From positions 1,920 to 57,971 of the forward strand of contig DKYS01000031.1 of assembly GCA_002493395.1 (NCBI GenBank): DNA of 56,052 nt, given 5' to 3'. The stretch comes from Turicibacter sp. UBA7094 (GTDB taxonomy: Bacteria > Bacillota_I > Bacilli_A > MOL361 > Turicibacteraceae). The position numbers and the translations under genes were made by a program. The stretch's first letter is position 1. The number at the start of each line of letters is the position of its first letter. This document shows, one piece after another, positions 30,908 through 42,212 of this stretch. The notes below the pieces were generated by a model. The model saw only the letters and a program-made list of their open reading frames with translations, did not search any database and was not told the DNA's origin.

Positions 30908-33544
30908 ATGAATACGTTAGTTTTAATAGATGGAAATAGCTTGATGTACCGCGCCTATTATGCAACGGCATATAGCGGGAATTTGATGAAAACAAGTACA
31001 GGTATTTTTACGAATGCCTTATATGGCTTTGTGAACATGATGAATAAAGTATTAGAGGATTATTCGCATACGCATATGTTAGTGGCGTTTGATGCGGGTA
31101 AAACAACGTTTAGACATGAAGTTTTAGAAAGTTATAAGGATGGTCGTAAACCGATGCCGGATGAAATGCGATCACAAGTTAATCTTATTAAGAAGTATTT
31201 GGATCTTTTAGGAGTTAAGCGTTTAGAGCTTCCGACGTATGAGGCGGACGATATTATTGGGACGTTAGCAACGTTAGCTGAGGGAGATTCTTTTGAAAAG
31301 ATTCATATTATTACAGGTGATAAAGATTTATTGCAAATGGTAAACGAAAAGACGATTGTTCATATTACTCGAAAAGGGGTAACGGATATCGACTCTTTTG
31401 ATGAGGCAGCCGTGTTTGCGAAGTACGAAGTTTCACCCCAACAGATTGTAGACTTAAAAGGATTAATGGGAGATCCTTCAGATAATTTACCTGGGATTCC
31501 TGGTGTGGGGGAAAAGACAGCGATTAAGTTACTAAAGCAGTTTGAAACGGTTGAAAACCTGGTTGCGCATACGGATGAATTAAAGGGAAAAATGAAGGAG
31601 AAAGTGGAGGCAAATGTCGAGCAAGCCTTACTTTGTAAACGAATGGCAACTATTTATAAGGAGGTTCCACTTCCAGTAACTTTTGACGATTTACGTTATG
31701 AAGGGCCACATACTCAAGAACTCATGGACTTTTTTAAAGAGATGGAGTTTAATGCGTTTTTAAAAAAAATCCAACTTGAAGAAAAAAAAGAAGTTAAACC
31801 AAAGCAGCCGATTCGTATCATTCATGAGGAGCAAGAATTAGAAGGGTTAACGTATCAAGATAGTGCAATTCACGTCGAAGTATTTGAAGAAAATTACCAT
31901 CAAGCTACTATTTTAGGAATTGCGGTGGTAAATAAAGATGAGGCGTATTATGTTCCATTTGATGTTTTTAAGAAAAGCGAGGCTTTTCTCGCCTTTTTGA
32001 AGGATGAGCAGTATAAAAAATCGGTATTTGATGTTAAACGTTCACGTGTTGCCCTTATGTGGGAAGGGATTGAGTTAGCAGGCGTTGATTTTGATTTATT
32101 ACTGGCAACGTATATCTTAAACCCCACGAATGGAAGTAATGAATTTAAAAAAGTCGTGATGCATTATGATTATGATGAAGTGCCATATGACGAGGAAGTT
32201 TATGGAAAGGGTGCGAAGCGGGCTATTGCCAAAATAGAGAAGGTAGCGGAGTATGCTTTGGACATTGCAACAGCGATCTTTAAGTTAAAGGAGACCGTTT
32301 TAGATCGGTTAAAAGATCAGAAACAGCTTGAATTGTTTGAGGAAATGGAAATGCCATTGGCTGATGTTTTAGCATCGATGGAGTTTGATGGGATGACGTT
32401 AGACTTGAATGGTTTAGCCGAAATGGGGGATACGTTAAAGTCGCGGATTGTTTCACTCGAGTCTTCAATTTATGAACAAGCGGGAACGACGTTTAATATT
32501 AATTCACCTAAGCAATTAGGAGAGGTATTATTTGAAAAGTTAGAATTACCGGTGATTAAAAAGACGAAAACGGGGTATTCAACCAATGCGGATGTATTAG
32601 AAAAATTACGTGATGCTCATCCGATTATTGATTTAATTATGGAGTACCGAACGTTAACGAAATTGTATTCGACTTATATTGAAGGATTAAAAAAATCGTG
32701 TTATGCGGATGGAAAGGTCCATACGATTTTTAATCAAGCACTGACGCAGACTGGACGATTGTCATCGATTGAACCGAATTTGCAAAATATTCCGATTCGT
32801 TTAGAGGAAGGAAGGCTGATTCGTCGGGCCTTTGTGCCAAGTCACGAAGGGTGGCTCATTTTAGGTGCCGATTATTCGCAAATTGAACTCCGAATTTTGG
32901 CGCATATTTCTAATACAGAATCTTTGATTGAGGCCTTTACTCATGGAGAGGATATCCATAAAAAAACGGCGATGGATGTTTTCAAAGTTTCAGAAGAAGA
33001 AATGACCTCTGATTTACGTCGTTCGGCTAAGGCGATTAATTTTGGAATTATTTATGGAATGAGTGCGTTTGGTTTATCAGAAAACTTAAATATCACGCAA
33101 AAAGAGGCAAAGAAATATATTGATCATTATTTAGAAACGTATTCAGGGATTCATCAGTACATGGAGGATACGGTGAAAGAAGCAAAATTTAATGGGTATG
33201 TGTCAACGCTATTTAACCGTCGACGTTATATTCCAGAATTGACGCAAAAAAATTACGCCATTCGTCAATTTGGTGAACGGACAGCGATGAATGCACCGAT
33301 TCAAGGGACAGCGGCGGATATCATTAAAAAGGCAATGATTGATGTTTACCGCGTGATGAAAGAAAAGAAAGTTCAATCACGCTTACTCTTACAAGTGCAT
33401 GATGAGTTAATCTTTGAAGTTCCTAAAGAGGAATTAGACATGATGATTGAGTTAGTGACACGAACGATGGAAGATGTGGTTGAATTAAAGGTTCCATTAA
33501 AAGCAGATTATTCATATGGACCTACTTGGTATGATGCAAAGTAG
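30908..33544 (+). CDS. polA: DNA polymerase I
   Basis: LIDGNSL.YRAYYA, DPSDNLPGIPGVGEKTA, ADYSQIELRILAH, KAINFGIIYG, QVHDEL. Confidence 0.98.
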   Translation: MNTLVLIDGNSLMYRAYYATAYSGNLMKTSTGIFTNALYGFVNMMNKVLEDYSHTHMLVAFDAGKTTFRHEVLESYKDGRKPMPDEMRSQVNLIKKYLDLLGVKRLELPTYEADDIIGTLATLAEGDSFEKIHIITGDKDLLQMVNEKTIVHITRKGVTDIDSFDEAAVFAKYEVSPQQIVDLKGLMGDPSDNLPGIPGVGEKTAIKLLKQFETVENLVAHTDELKGKMKEKVEANVEQALLCKRMATIYKEVPLPVTFDDLRYEGPHTQELMDFFKEMEFNAFLKKIQLEEKKEVKPKQPIRIIHEEQELEGLTYQDSAIHVEVFEENYHQATILGIAVVNKDEAYYVPFDVFKKSEAFLAFLKDEQYKKSVFDVKRSRVALMWEGIELAGVDFDLLLATYILNPTNGSNEFKKVVMHYDYDEVPYDEEVYGKGAKRAIAKIEKVAEYALDIATAIFKLKETVLDRLKDQKQLELFEEMEMPLADVLASMEFDGMTLDLNGLAEMGDTLKSRIVSLESSIYEQAGTTFNINSPKQLGEVLFEKLELPVIKKTKTGYSTNADVLEKLRDAHPIIDLIMEYRTLTKLYSTYIEGLKKSCYADGKVHTIFNQALTQTGRLSSIEPNLQNIPIRLEEGRLIRRAFVPSHEGWLILGADYSQIELRILAHISNTESLIEAFTHGEDIHKKTAMDVFKVSEEEMTSDLRRSAKAINFGIIYGMSAFGLSENLNITQKEAKKYIDHYLETYSGIHQYMEDTVKEAKFNGYVSTLFNRRRYIPELTQKNYAIRQFGERTAMNAPIQGTAADIIKKAMIDVYRVMKEKKVQSRLLLQVHDELIFEVPKEELDMMIELVTRTMEDVVELKVPLKADYSYGPTWYDAK

Positions 33545-33553
33545 GAAGGGGCG

Positions 33554-33578
33554 GGGCACTTTTGTAAGTGCCCTTTTT
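33554..33578 (+). terminator. Terminator after polA
   Basis: GGGCACTT/AAGTGCCC followed by TTTTT. Confidence 0.7.
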
Positions 33579-33841
33579 AGAGGGAAAAAGAGCTTAGATG
33601 TTTCCTTGGAAATAAGGAGGGCGGATTAAGATTTTTGATCGTGCGTCAAAAATATGCATTTTTTGAAGCTTACTTGGGAAAAATTTGAGGGATAGAACGT
33701 TCTTTGCCAACGGAGTGGAATGTTTCTTTTTCTCTATGGATGAAGGACTAAAAAATAGTTAAACCTATTAAGAGGTTGAATTTATTTCATTAAACGATGA
33801 TGGAGTAGGGAAACGATGCGTAAAGAAAGAAGGAGGAAGTT

Positions 33842-34684
33842 ATGCCGGAATTACCAGAAGTTGAAAATGTTAAGAACGCCCTCTGTCAAACGGTAAAGGG
33901 TAAGAAAATAACAGCGATTGAAGTTCGTTATGAACCAATGATTAAAAATATGAGTTCTCAGGAATTTAAAAATAAATTAACGGGACAAACGATTCATGAG
34001 ATTAAAAGACGGGGAAAATACCTTGTGTTTTATTTTGATGATTATGTGTTATTATCACACCTTCGAATGGAAGGAAAGTACTTTGTTGTTCATCCGGATT
34101 TCGAGTTGAATCCCCATATTCATATCGTGATGGCGTTAGATGATGGCAATCGGTTAGTGTATCAAGATACGCGTAAATTTGGAACGTACCATTTGTATGA
34201 TAAATCGGTTGATTTAGAAGAAACCCCTCCATTTAAAGTTTTAGGAGTAGAGCCTTTTTCACCTGAATTTACGCCGCATTATCTCAAAGAAAAAATTAAA
34301 AATAAAAAAAAACCCATTAAGTCGCTCTTACTTGATCAAAGTGTTGTTTGTGGACTTGGAAATATTTATGTGGATGAGGTGCTTTACCGGGCTCGACTGC
34401 ATCCGTTAACTTCAAGTGCGGATTTAGGGGACAGTGACATTGAGAATGTGGTAAAATATACGGTAGAGGTTTTGGCGCGTGCCATTGAATTAGGAGGAAC
34501 GACCATTCGGACCTTCAGCTCGTCCCATGGGGTACTAGGCTCTTTTCAAAATGAGTTATTAGTTCACCAAAAAAAGGGTGAGGCGTGTGGAACCTGTCAA
34601 AGTGAAATCGAAAAAATTAAAGTAGGTGGCCGTGGAACGTATTTTTGTCCAACGTGCCAAAATTTAGATACAGGAGAGAAGTAA
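33842..34684 (+). CDS. mutM: Formamidopyrimidine-DNA glycosylase
   Basis: MPELPEVE, RRGKYL, HLRMEG, GLGNIYVDE, C-terminal zinc finger. Confidence 0.96.
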   Translation: MPELPEVENVKNALCQTVKGKKITAIEVRYEPMIKNMSSQEFKNKLTGQTIHEIKRRGKYLVFYFDDYVLLSHLRMEGKYFVVHPDFELNPHIHIVMALDDGNRLVYQDTRKFGTYHLYDKSVDLEETPPFKVLGVEPFSPEFTPHYLKEKIKNKKKPIKSLLLDQSVVCGLGNIYVDEVLYRARLHPLTSSADLGDSDIENVVKYTVEVLARAIELGGTTIRTFSSSHGVLGSFQNELLVHQKKGEACGTCQSEIEKIKVGGRGTYFCPTCQNLDTGEK

Positions 34685-34687
34685 TAG

Positions 34688-35299
34688 ATGTTAGTCGTTG
34701 GGTTAACAGGAGGAATTTCATCTGGAAAAAGTACGGTGACTTCCTGTTTTTTAGAGAAGGGAATTGTTGTTTTAGATGCTGATCAAATCGTAAGAAATCT
34801 TCAACGTCCGAATAGTCCACTTTTATTGACATTAGTTGAAACGTTTGGTCCATCTATTATTAGAGAAAATGGCGAATTAGCTCGTGATGTCCTAGGAAAA
34901 ATAATTTTTCATGACGCAAAAGCGAAGCAGCGATTAAATGCATTGATTCATCCTCTTGTTAGACAAAAACTGAAGGAGGAACTTGAGAAATTAAGAGCGG
35001 CTGGGGAGGTTTTAGTCGTTTTAGACATTCCTCTTCTTTTTGAAAGTCAGTTTGAAGATTTAGTGGATTGTACTGTAGTTGTTTATGTGTCTAAAGACAT
35101 TCAGTTGAAGCGGTTGATGAAGCGGGATCAAATTGATGAAGATTATGCGCTTGCTAAAATTAATTCGCAAATGTCTCTAGAAGATAAGAGAATGCGTGCT
35201 GATTATGTTTTGGTGAATAATGGAACGATGGGCGAGCTAAAAAGGCGTGTCGAGGAATTATTCGAATTACTATGGGAAAAATCATGTCAAACCCTTTAA
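34688..35299 (+). CDS. coaE: Dephospho-CoA kinase
   Basis: GLTGGISSGKSTV, DAD, IHP.V, DIPLLFE. Confidence 0.95.
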   Translation: MLVVGLTGGISSGKSTVTSCFLEKGIVVLDADQIVRNLQRPNSPLLLTLVETFGPSIIRENGELARDVLGKIIFHDAKAKQRLNALIHPLVRQKLKEELEKLRAAGEVLVVLDIPLLFESQFEDLVDCTVVVYVSKDIQLKRLMKRDQIDEDYALAKINSQMSLEDKRMRADYVLVNNGTMGELKRRVEELFELLWEKSCQTL

Positions 35300-35418
35300 A
35301 TGATTTTCGTTTGTTTGATTGGGGAAATAGTGAGTTTAGTTTTTAATGAGGGTGTCAATAATAAAGGGAAATGCCTGTGTTAACTAGGGATTTCCCTTTA
35401 ATAGAAGGAGTGTTTGAG

Positions 35419-36786
35419 GTGCCAACACAAGGTGTTAAACCAAATACAAAGTTTGAGTTATGTCGAATGCAAATGGTGACGATGGAAGAGTTGCAAATTT
35501 TAACTTTACTTTATCAACCCCTAATTGGTCCGGTAGCCGTCAGTTTATATTTGACATTAAATACGCTTGCTAATCGGAGTCACTCTTTCGAGTATGATCA
35601 CCATTTTTTATTACAAATGCTGAATCTTTCGATTGAAGACGTATTGGAGTTGAGGTATAAACTAGAAGCCGTTGGATTAGTTCAAGTTTACCTTGACAAG
35701 GAAGAGCAAGTTCTAACTTATCGTTTGAAAAAACCGATGCAGGCAAAAGATTTTTTTAGTGATGGAATTATTAATGTCTTTCTTAATCTGAAAGTTGGAA
35801 ATCCAGAATATCAACAATTAAAGCAACTTTTTATTCAAGAACCGCTGCAAATACAAGGTGAAAACATTTCAAAACCGTTTAATGAAGTGTTTGATACGAC
35901 AATTTTAATGCGTTCATCGGCGATGCTCCAGGCGAGCCCCCTTCCAACCAATAAGGCGGATAAAAAAGGTGTCGTTCTTGAGTTATCTTTTGATAAAGAA
36001 CTTTTATTTTCCTTACTTCAACAATTTGGGATGGATGAGACGATTGTTTCTCAAAAATTACTCGATCAAATTAATCGAATTGCTTTTTTATATAAATTAG
36101 ATGAGCATGAATTGGCGAGACTTATTTTTGATGCTTTGGATGCAGACGGATTTGTTAATTTAGATTTATTTCGAAAACAGGCTAAACAATATTTTCAATT
36201 TTTAAATAAGGGAAAACCAGTTGAAGTAGTCGATGTCCCTAAAGTCATTTCAGAAAATTCGATGGATGCACAACAGGAACATTTGTCTAAGGAAAAACAA
36301 CTTTTACTTGTTCTTTCTCAACATCCGTTGGAGTTTTTGCGGTTTAAACAACATCAAAAAGAACCGGTGCCTGCCGATCGACAATTGGTGGAGTGGTTAG
36401 TCGTTGATCAACAAATGGCAGCAGGTGTGGTAAATGTTTTAATTGACTATGTTTTAAATATTTCGGATGGACGCTTACCCAAACAATTAGTTGAAAAAAT
36501 TGCAGGGGAGTGGCAACGTAAAGAGATTGATACGACAGAAAAGGCCATTGCTCAAGTGAAAGCGACCTTAAAGGCAAAACAAAAAAGAGACATGGAAAAA
36601 ACAACACCTGCCGCCACTAAGGTTTATCCTAAGGCGACGCGTGTTGTTAGAAAAGAGCAAGTTCCAGATTGGTTAAACTCAGAAGATCAAGTAAAAGAGA
36701 ACAAAAAGTCATTAACGGATGATGATCTTCAAAAAATTGAACGCATGAAAGAATTACAAAATCAACTTCTGAATCAGAAAGGATGA
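35419..36786 (+). CDS. dnaB: Replication initiation/membrane attachment protein DnaB (helicase loader)
   Basis: LYQPLIG...SLY, LEAVGL, GVVNVLIDY..., upstream of dnaI; GTG start after GAAGGAG. Confidence 0.88.
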   Translation: MPTQGVKPNTKFELCRMQMVTMEELQILTLLYQPLIGPVAVSLYLTLNTLANRSHSFEYDHHFLLQMLNLSIEDVLELRYKLEAVGLVQVYLDKEEQVLTYRLKKPMQAKDFFSDGIINVFLNLKVGNPEYQQLKQLFIQEPLQIQGENISKPFNEVFDTTILMRSSAMLQASPLPTNKADKKGVVLELSFDKELLFSLLQQFGMDETIVSQKLLDQINRIAFLYKLDEHELARLIFDALDADGFVNLDLFRKQAKQYFQFLNKGKPVEVVDVPKVISENSMDAQQEHLSKEKQLLLVLSQHPLEFLRFKQHQKEPVPADRQLVEWLVVDQQMAAGVVNVLIDYVLNISDGRLPKQLVEKIAGEWQRKEIDTTEKAIAQVKATLKAKQKRDMEKTTPAATKVYPKATRVVRKEQVPDWLNSEDQVKENKKSLTDDDLQKIERMKELQNQLLNQKG

Positions 36787-37700
36787 ATGTGATGCAACGC
36801 ATTGGGGAGTTAATAGCTAGCCCAAAGGGGGCTTCGGAGGCTTATCAGGAAATTATTAATGATCCGGCTATTAAGGAAGCATTTAACCAGTATCAAAATG
36901 AGGTGAATCCGTCACTAATTTCTAACTATCTGTCTGATCTCGACGAATTTTTAAGAAATAAAGAAAAATGTCGAGGTTGCAGTGGGGTGAATGAATGTCG
37001 TCAACCCGTGAAGGGACATTATCCAACTTTAAAACCCGTTCATCAGCAACTGAAGGTGTCGTATACGCCTTGTCAATATGAACTGAATCAAAAGCATTTA
37101 GAAAATATTAAAAGTTTTCATATGCCATCAGATATTTTAAATGCCACTTTTGAAAAGTTTATTATGGATCCAGAGCGAGCTGAATTTTATGAAAAGGCAA
37201 CGTTATTCATTAATGAGTATATGTCTACCAAAAAAGGAAAAGGTCTTTATTTATACGGTCCATTTGGGACAGGAAAAACATATATGTTAAGTGCAATTGC
37301 CAATATCTTATCCCAACGAGGAATCGTGTGTGGGCTCGTGTATTTTCCGGAATTAATCGCCGAAATTAAATCCGGATTTAATAGTGAAACAAACGGTGCC
37401 TATGATAAAATTGAACAATTAAAGGAAATTGAGGTTTTAATGCTTGATGATATTGGAAGTGAATCGATGACGAGTTGGATGCGTGACGAGGTCCTCGGAC
37501 GTATTTTAAATTATCGAATGCATCAAGGATTGCCGACATTTTTTAGCTCTAATTTAGACTACCAGCAATTACAACATCACTACTCTTATACGCAAAAAGG
37601 GGAGGTAGAGGAAATTAAGGGAGCACGCATTTTAGAGCGCATTAAAGCTTTAACTACTCCTGTACAGATTTTAGGAACAAACTATCGTCAAAAACGATAA
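36783..37700 (+). CDS. dnaI: Primosomal protein DnaI
   Basis: CxxC...C zinc site, GPFGTGKT, LDDIGSE, W.RDE. Confidence 0.92.
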   Translation: MNVMQRIGELIASPKGASEAYQEIINDPAIKEAFNQYQNEVNPSLISNYLSDLDEFLRNKEKCRGCSGVNECRQPVKGHYPTLKPVHQQLKVSYTPCQYELNQKHLENIKSFHMPSDILNATFEKFIMDPERAEFYEKATLFINEYMSTKKGKGLYLYGPFGTGKTYMLSAIANILSQRGIVCGLVYFPELIAEIKSGFNSETNGAYDKIEQLKEIEVLMLDDIGSESMTSWMRDEVLGRILNYRMHQGLPTFFSSNLDYQQLQHHYSYTQKGEVEEIKGARILERIKALTTPVQILGTNYRQKR

Positions 37701-37718
37701 AATGTGCAGAATTTTTTC

Positions 37719-37747
37719 TTGATTTTAAAAAAATCATGCATTATAAT
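37719..37747 (+). promoter_or_regulatory. SigA promoter for the thrS leader
   Basis: TTGATT-17 nt-TATAAT. Confidence 0.7.
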
Positions 37748-37789
37748 ATGAGTCAGTGATATAATATAATTAAAAGATGACTAAATATT

Positions 37790-38030
37790 AAAGGTATTGA
37801 AAAGGATATGATTTAATAAAAACGTCTTTTTAGAGAGGCAACTATAAGCTGAAAAGTTGCTAAGAACGCTTATTAAATTACTCCCTTTGAACTGGGCTTG
37901 AAAAAGACTCCCGTTTGCTGCGTTAAGGCGAAATTAAGTTGCTGATAAGTGGAAGGTTTACTTATCGGAATTAGGATGGTACCGCGATTTTAATCGTTCC
38001 TACTTGTAAAGATTAGGAGCGATTTTTTTA
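37790..38030 (+). promoter_or_regulatory. T-box riboswitch (Thr)
   Basis: AGAGA and GCTGAAA stem I motifs, probable ACT specifier at 37880-37882, T-box AATTAGGATGGTACCGCG at 37969-37986, terminator AATCGTTCCTA/TAGGAGCGATT plus T-run. Confidence 0.9.
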
Positions 38031-38080
38031 TTGCTTAAAATTTCGCTCCTGTGGTCAAAAGATACAAAAAGGAGGAAAAT

Positions 38081-40021
38081 ATGATGATTAATATTACGTT
38101 TCCCGATGGGAATGTCAAACAATTTGATAAAGGAGTAACTGCTGAGGCGATTGCACAGTCAATTTCACCCGGATTACGTAAGCGATGTGTCGCTGCAAAA
38201 GTGAATGGACATTTATACGATTTGACTCGTCCAATCGAAGCAGATGCTAAAATTGAGTTAATTACCAATGATCGTCCAGAGGCATGGGAAATTATTAATC
38301 ACTCAGCGGCTCATTTAATGGCAGCGGCGATTAAACGTTTATATCCAGATGCAAAATTTGGAGTAGGTCCAGCAATTGAGGACGGATTCTATTACGATAT
38401 CGATACAGAAACAAAAATTACAGAAGCTGATTTAGCAGCTATTGAAAAAATGATGCAAAAAATTTCATCAGAAGCTTTACCTATCATTCGTCACGAATTA
38501 AGCCGTGAAGAAGCGAAAGAATTATTTGCAAACGATGAATATAAATTAGAGTTAATTGACGCAATCAAAGATGGAGAAGTGATTACAACTTATTCAGAAG
38601 GTGATTTCACAGACTTATGTAGTGGAGTTCACGTGGCGAATACAAAAGATGTAAAATTCTTCAAATTATTAAATGTTGCAGGTGCTTATTGGCGTGGAGA
38701 TAGCGACAATAAAATGTTAACACGTATTTATGGAGCAGCAGCTAATACGAAAGATCAATTAGCAGATCACTTACGTATTTTAGAAGAGCGTAAAGAACGC
38801 GATCATAAAAAAATTGGGCGTGAATTAGAGTTATTTACATTCAGTCCGTTAGTTGGACAAGGATTACCGATTTGGTTACCAAATGGTATGAAAGTTCGCC
38901 AACAAATCGAACGCTATATTATTGATTTAGAGGAAGAATACGGATACCAACATGTGGCGACACCTGTCCTTGGATCGGTTGATTTATATCGTACATCTGG
39001 ACACTGGTCACATTATAAAGAAGACATGTTCGTTCCAATGGAAATGGATAATGAAGAATTAGTATTACGTCCAATGTCTTGTCCTCATCACATGATGGTT
39101 TATAAAACAAAATTACGTTCATATCGTGACTTACCAATTCGTTATGCTGAACAAGTGATTCAACACCGCTTTGAAGCTTCAGGGGCGTTAACAGGTCTTG
39201 AACGTGTTCGTGCCATGACATTAACAGATTCTCATTTATTTGTTCGTCCTGACCAAATTAAAGAAGAGTTTTCACGTTGCTTAGAATTAATTCACCGTGT
39301 CATTAAAGACTTCGGAGTGGAAATTAATTATTATCGTCTGTCACTTCGTGACCCTGAAAATAAAGAAAAATATTTTGACGATGATCAAATGTGGGAAACA
39401 GCAGAATCAATGTTACGTGAAACATTAATCGAAAATAATATTCCGTATATTGAAGCGGAAGGGGAAGCGGCATTCTACGGTCCTAAATTAGATATTCAAA
39501 TTAAAACAGCGCTCGGGCATGATATTACGATGTCAACGATTCAGTTAGACTTCTTATTACCAGAACGTTTTGATTTAACTTATGTTTCTGAAACAGGAGA
39601 GAAAGTGCGTCCTGTTGTTATGCACCGTGGATTAATCGGAACATATGAGCGCTTTATGGCTTACTTAATTGAAACATATAAAGGGGCATTCCCATTATGG
39701 TTAGCTCCAACACAAGTCACTGTTATTCCAGTTAACAATCAATATCATTTAGAATATGCGCAAGAAGTAGCCAAAGAGTTACGTAAATATAAAGTTCGAT
39801 TTGAATTAGATGATCGTGAAGAAAAAATGGGATACAAAATCCGTGAATCACAAACGAAAAAGGTTCCAATGTCTATCGTATTAGGGGATAAAGAGGTTGC
39901 AAATAAAGAAGTGACATTCCGTCGCTTTGGAGAACAAAAAACAACGACTTTACCATTAAAAGAATTTATCCATTTCTTAGTCGATGAAATTGCAGAACGT
40001 AAAAACTATTTACCTAAATAA
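38081..40021 (+). CDS. thrS: Threonine--tRNA ligase
   Basis: TGS domain, [29 protein letters not shown]. Confidence 0.97.
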   Translation: MMINITFPDGNVKQFDKGVTAEAIAQSISPGLRKRCVAAKVNGHLYDLTRPIEADAKIELITNDRPEAWEIINHSAAHLMAAAIKRLYPDAKFGVGPAIEDGFYYDIDTETKITEADLAAIEKMMQKISSEALPIIRHELSREEAKELFANDEYKLELIDAIKDGEVITTYSEGDFTDLCSGVHVANTKDVKFFKLLNVAGAYWRGDSDNKMLTRIYGAAANTKDQLADHLRILEERKERDHKKIGRELELFTFSPLVGQGLPIWLPNGMKVRQQIERYIIDLEEEYGYQHVATPVLGSVDLYRTSGHWSHYKEDMFVPMEMDNEELVLRPMSCPHHMMVYKTKLRSYRDLPIRYAEQVIQHRFEASGALTGLERVRAMTLTDSHLFVRPDQIKEEFSRCLELIHRVIKDFGVEINYYRLSLRDPENKEKYFDDDQMWETAESMLRETLIENNIPYIEAEGEAAFYGPKLDIQIKTALGHDITMSTIQLDFLLPERFDLTYVSETGEKVRPVVMHRGLIGTYERFMAYLIETYKGAFPLWLAPTQVTVIPVNNQYHLEYAQEVAKELRKYKVRFELDDREEKMGYKIRESQTKKVPMSIVLGDKEVANKEVTFRRFGEQKTTTLPLKEFIHFLVDEIAERKNYLPK

Positions 40022-40042
40022 TCAATGAGCATTGCTCGATTT

Positions 40043-40080
40043 AAAACACTTAACTGCCGGAAGGAGTTAAGTGTTTTTTT
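40043..40080 (+). terminator. Terminator after thrS
   Basis: AAAACACTTAACT/AGTTAAGTGTTTT. Confidence 0.8.
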
Positions 40081-40183
40081 GTCGTTGAAAGTGATTTTGT
40101 TGACCGAAAAAAGGGGAAACGAGTTCGCATAAATGAGAACGGTCGTACCTACAATGTAAGGAATAGATTAAGAAAGTCTTACA

Positions 40184-41188
40184 TTGATGGGGGGAATGGA
40201 AGTGATAAAAAGTTTAATACTAGATTTAGTTATCGTAGGTGTTTTTTATTTTGTCGTATCCAAATGTTATAAGCGTTCTTATCGAGTGAATTTACTTCAA
40301 TTGCTCATCCAATTAGTAGCGATTATGGCGGCGGGAATGATTGCTTTTGGAGTTATGAAGATACTTGTTCATCGGTTTTTCTTAAATATGGATATTTCTT
40401 CATGGATACCTGAAAGTTTCTATTACGTGCTTCAACCGTATATGGATGAGCTTTTCCCATTTTTTATTTTTACGGTTTTATTTGTGCTATTGTTTGTTCT
40501 CTTTAAAAGTATACTTTATGTTTTTTCGATGAATTATGAATGGGAAAAGTATTTATTCCCTCAAATTAAATTCAATCGAAAAGGGGATTATTGGCTAAGT
40601 GGGTGTTTAAGTGCAGCGTACGCTTATACTTATGTGCTCGCTATTGTTTTTATTTTATCCTTTCCCTTGTTTGGGATTGTCGGGAAATATTCGGTGAGTC
40701 AACTTTTATTGCACATCAATCCGGTGATTGGGTCGTTTGTTGATGATCTTTCAGAGCCTTATTATAGAGTTCAAAAAGGAATGCGTTTATTTGGAGATGA
40801 GATAGATAAGTTATATGCTAATTATCGGATTGACCTTGAGTACTTAAAAGAATATATAGATAACGATCCGGCTAAACGGGTTAAGATTCAATCTTCTTTT
40901 GAAATGTTAACGCCGCTATTCGCGACGCCGACGGGTTATTTAGGTTTTTTTGAACAACCGTTAATTGATAAAGTAGAAATGAGTAAACATTTAAGACAAA
41001 TGAAAAAGTATATTGATGAAGATGTATTAACGTTGGAATTTTTTAATTCTTATTATAAAGAGTTGATTTGTAATGGAACGTATGATAAACTAATCGAGGA
41101 TCAAATCATTAATGATGAAGCATTAGAGTTATTAATGCAAAGCTCATTGTTAAATGATGATAATCTGAAAAAATTAAAGAATATTTAA
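40184..41188 (+). CDS. Hypothetical membrane protein (multi-TM N-terminus, CvpA-like topology)
   Basis: 334-aa ORF with about four hydrophobic segments followed by a soluble helical C-terminus. Confidence 0.65.
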   Translation: MMGGMEVIKSLILDLVIVGVFYFVVSKCYKRSYRVNLLQLLIQLVAIMAAGMIAFGVMKILVHRFFLNMDISSWIPESFYYVLQPYMDELFPFFIFTVLFVLLFVLFKSILYVFSMNYEWEKYLFPQIKFNRKGDYWLSGCLSAAYAYTYVLAIVFILSFPLFGIVGKYSVSQLLLHINPVIGSFVDDLSEPYYRVQKGMRLFGDEIDKLYANYRIDLEYLKEYIDNDPAKRVKIQSSFEMLTPLFATPTGYLGFFEQPLIDKVEMSKHLRQMKKYIDEDVLTLEFFNSYYKELICNGTYDKLIEDQIINDEALELLMQSSLLNDDNLKKLKNI

Positions 41189-41195
41189 TGCCTAG

Positions 41196-41224
41196 TTGAC
41201 ATATGTTAATTAAGGTGTTAGAAT
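41196..41224 (+). promoter_or_regulatory. SigA promoter of the infC operon
   Basis: TTGACA-17 nt-TAGAAT with extended TG. Confidence 0.8.
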
Positions 41225-41248
41225 AAATAAATGTGAATATCATGTGGA

Positions 41249-41383
41249 AAGAAGAAGTACCCACTTCTCACCTGATTGGTTTTAGCTGATAGGTTCAACG
41301 TCACATCGTTACGATGTTATGTGATTGTGATTTAAACGTGGGCGCTTTACTTCATATGTGAGTGTCTGCGTTTTTCTTTTTTT
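41249..41383 (+). ncRNA. Ribosomal protein L20 leader
   Basis: AGAAGTACCCACTTCTCACCTGA...GTGGGCG...terminator with T-run, upstream of infC-rpmI-rplT. Confidence 0.85.
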
Positions 41384-41417
41384 CCATGAATGTTCTATAA
41401 AATTGGAGGTGCTCATC

Positions 41418-41945
41418 ATTAGCAAGAAAAATGTAAAAAACGAGAGCTTAATCAATGAAGATATCCGTGCAAAGGAAATGTTAGTGATTGGTCCAAATCG
41501 TGAGCAATTAGGATTAATGCAACGTAAAGATGCGTTACGTGCTGCTTCTGAGAAAAACTTAGATTTAGTATGTGTGGCGCCACAAGCAAACCCAATTGTT
41601 TGTCGTATTATGGATTATGGTAAATACCGTTATGAACAACAACGTCACGCTCGTGAAGCTCGTAAGAACCAAACGACAGTGAGTTTAAAAGAAGTTCGCT
41701 TAAGTCCTAACATTGAGCAACATGACTTTAATACAAAGTTAAAAAATGCACAAAAATTCCTTGCAAAAGGGGATAAAGTTAAAGTAAGTGTACGTTTTAA
41801 AGGACGAGAAATCGCACACACGGAATTTGGACGTAACGTTTTAACTCGCTTTGCTGAGGGGTGCGCTGAGATTGCGGATTTAGAATCAAATCCTAAACTT
41901 GACGGACGCTCAATGTTTCTCGTTTTAGCACCAAAGAAAAAGTAG
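41418..41945 (+). CDS. infC: Translation initiation factor IF-3 (ATT start)
   Basis: GGAGGTG RBS then in-frame ATT at 41418; [25 protein letters not shown]. Confidence 0.96.
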   Translation: MSKKNVKNESLINEDIRAKEMLVIGPNREQLGLMQRKDALRAASEKNLDLVCVAPQANPIVCRIMDYGKYRYEQQRHAREARKNQTTVSLKEVRLSPNIEQHDFNTKLKNAQKFLAKGDKVKVSVRFKGREIAHTEFGRNVLTRFAEGCAEIADLESNPKLDGRSMFLVLAPKKK

Positions 41946-41969
41946 AAAAGATAAAGGAGGAACTCTACC

Positions 41970-42167
41970 ATGCCAAAAATGAAATCTCATCGTGGAGCTG
42001 CTAAACGCTTTAAACGTACAGGATCAGGAAAATTAAAACGTTCTCACGCTTATACAAGCCATTTAGCTCACAATAAAACAACTAAACAAAAGAAACATTT
42101 ATCAAAATCAGCGATTGTATCTAATAGCGATTACAAACGTATTAAAGAAATGTTATATAGCTTATAA
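41970..42167 (+). CDS. rpmI: 50S ribosomal protein L35
   Basis: [21 protein letters not shown]. Confidence 0.98.
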   Translation: MPKMKSHRGAAKRFKRTGSGKLKRSHAYTSHLAHNKTTKQKKHLSKSAIVSNSDYKRIKEMLYSL

Positions 42168-42212
42168 TAATCACACTAAACATTTTTCGTAACAACAAAG
42201 GAGGAACTCATT

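Noticed and set aside
37911-37926. Identical CCGTTTGCTGCGTTAA in the thrS and valS leaders
   Set aside because: Explained by the conserved T-box stem IIA/B region
41418-41420. ATT start codon of infC as a novelty
   Set aside because: Well-known autoregulatory feature of infC
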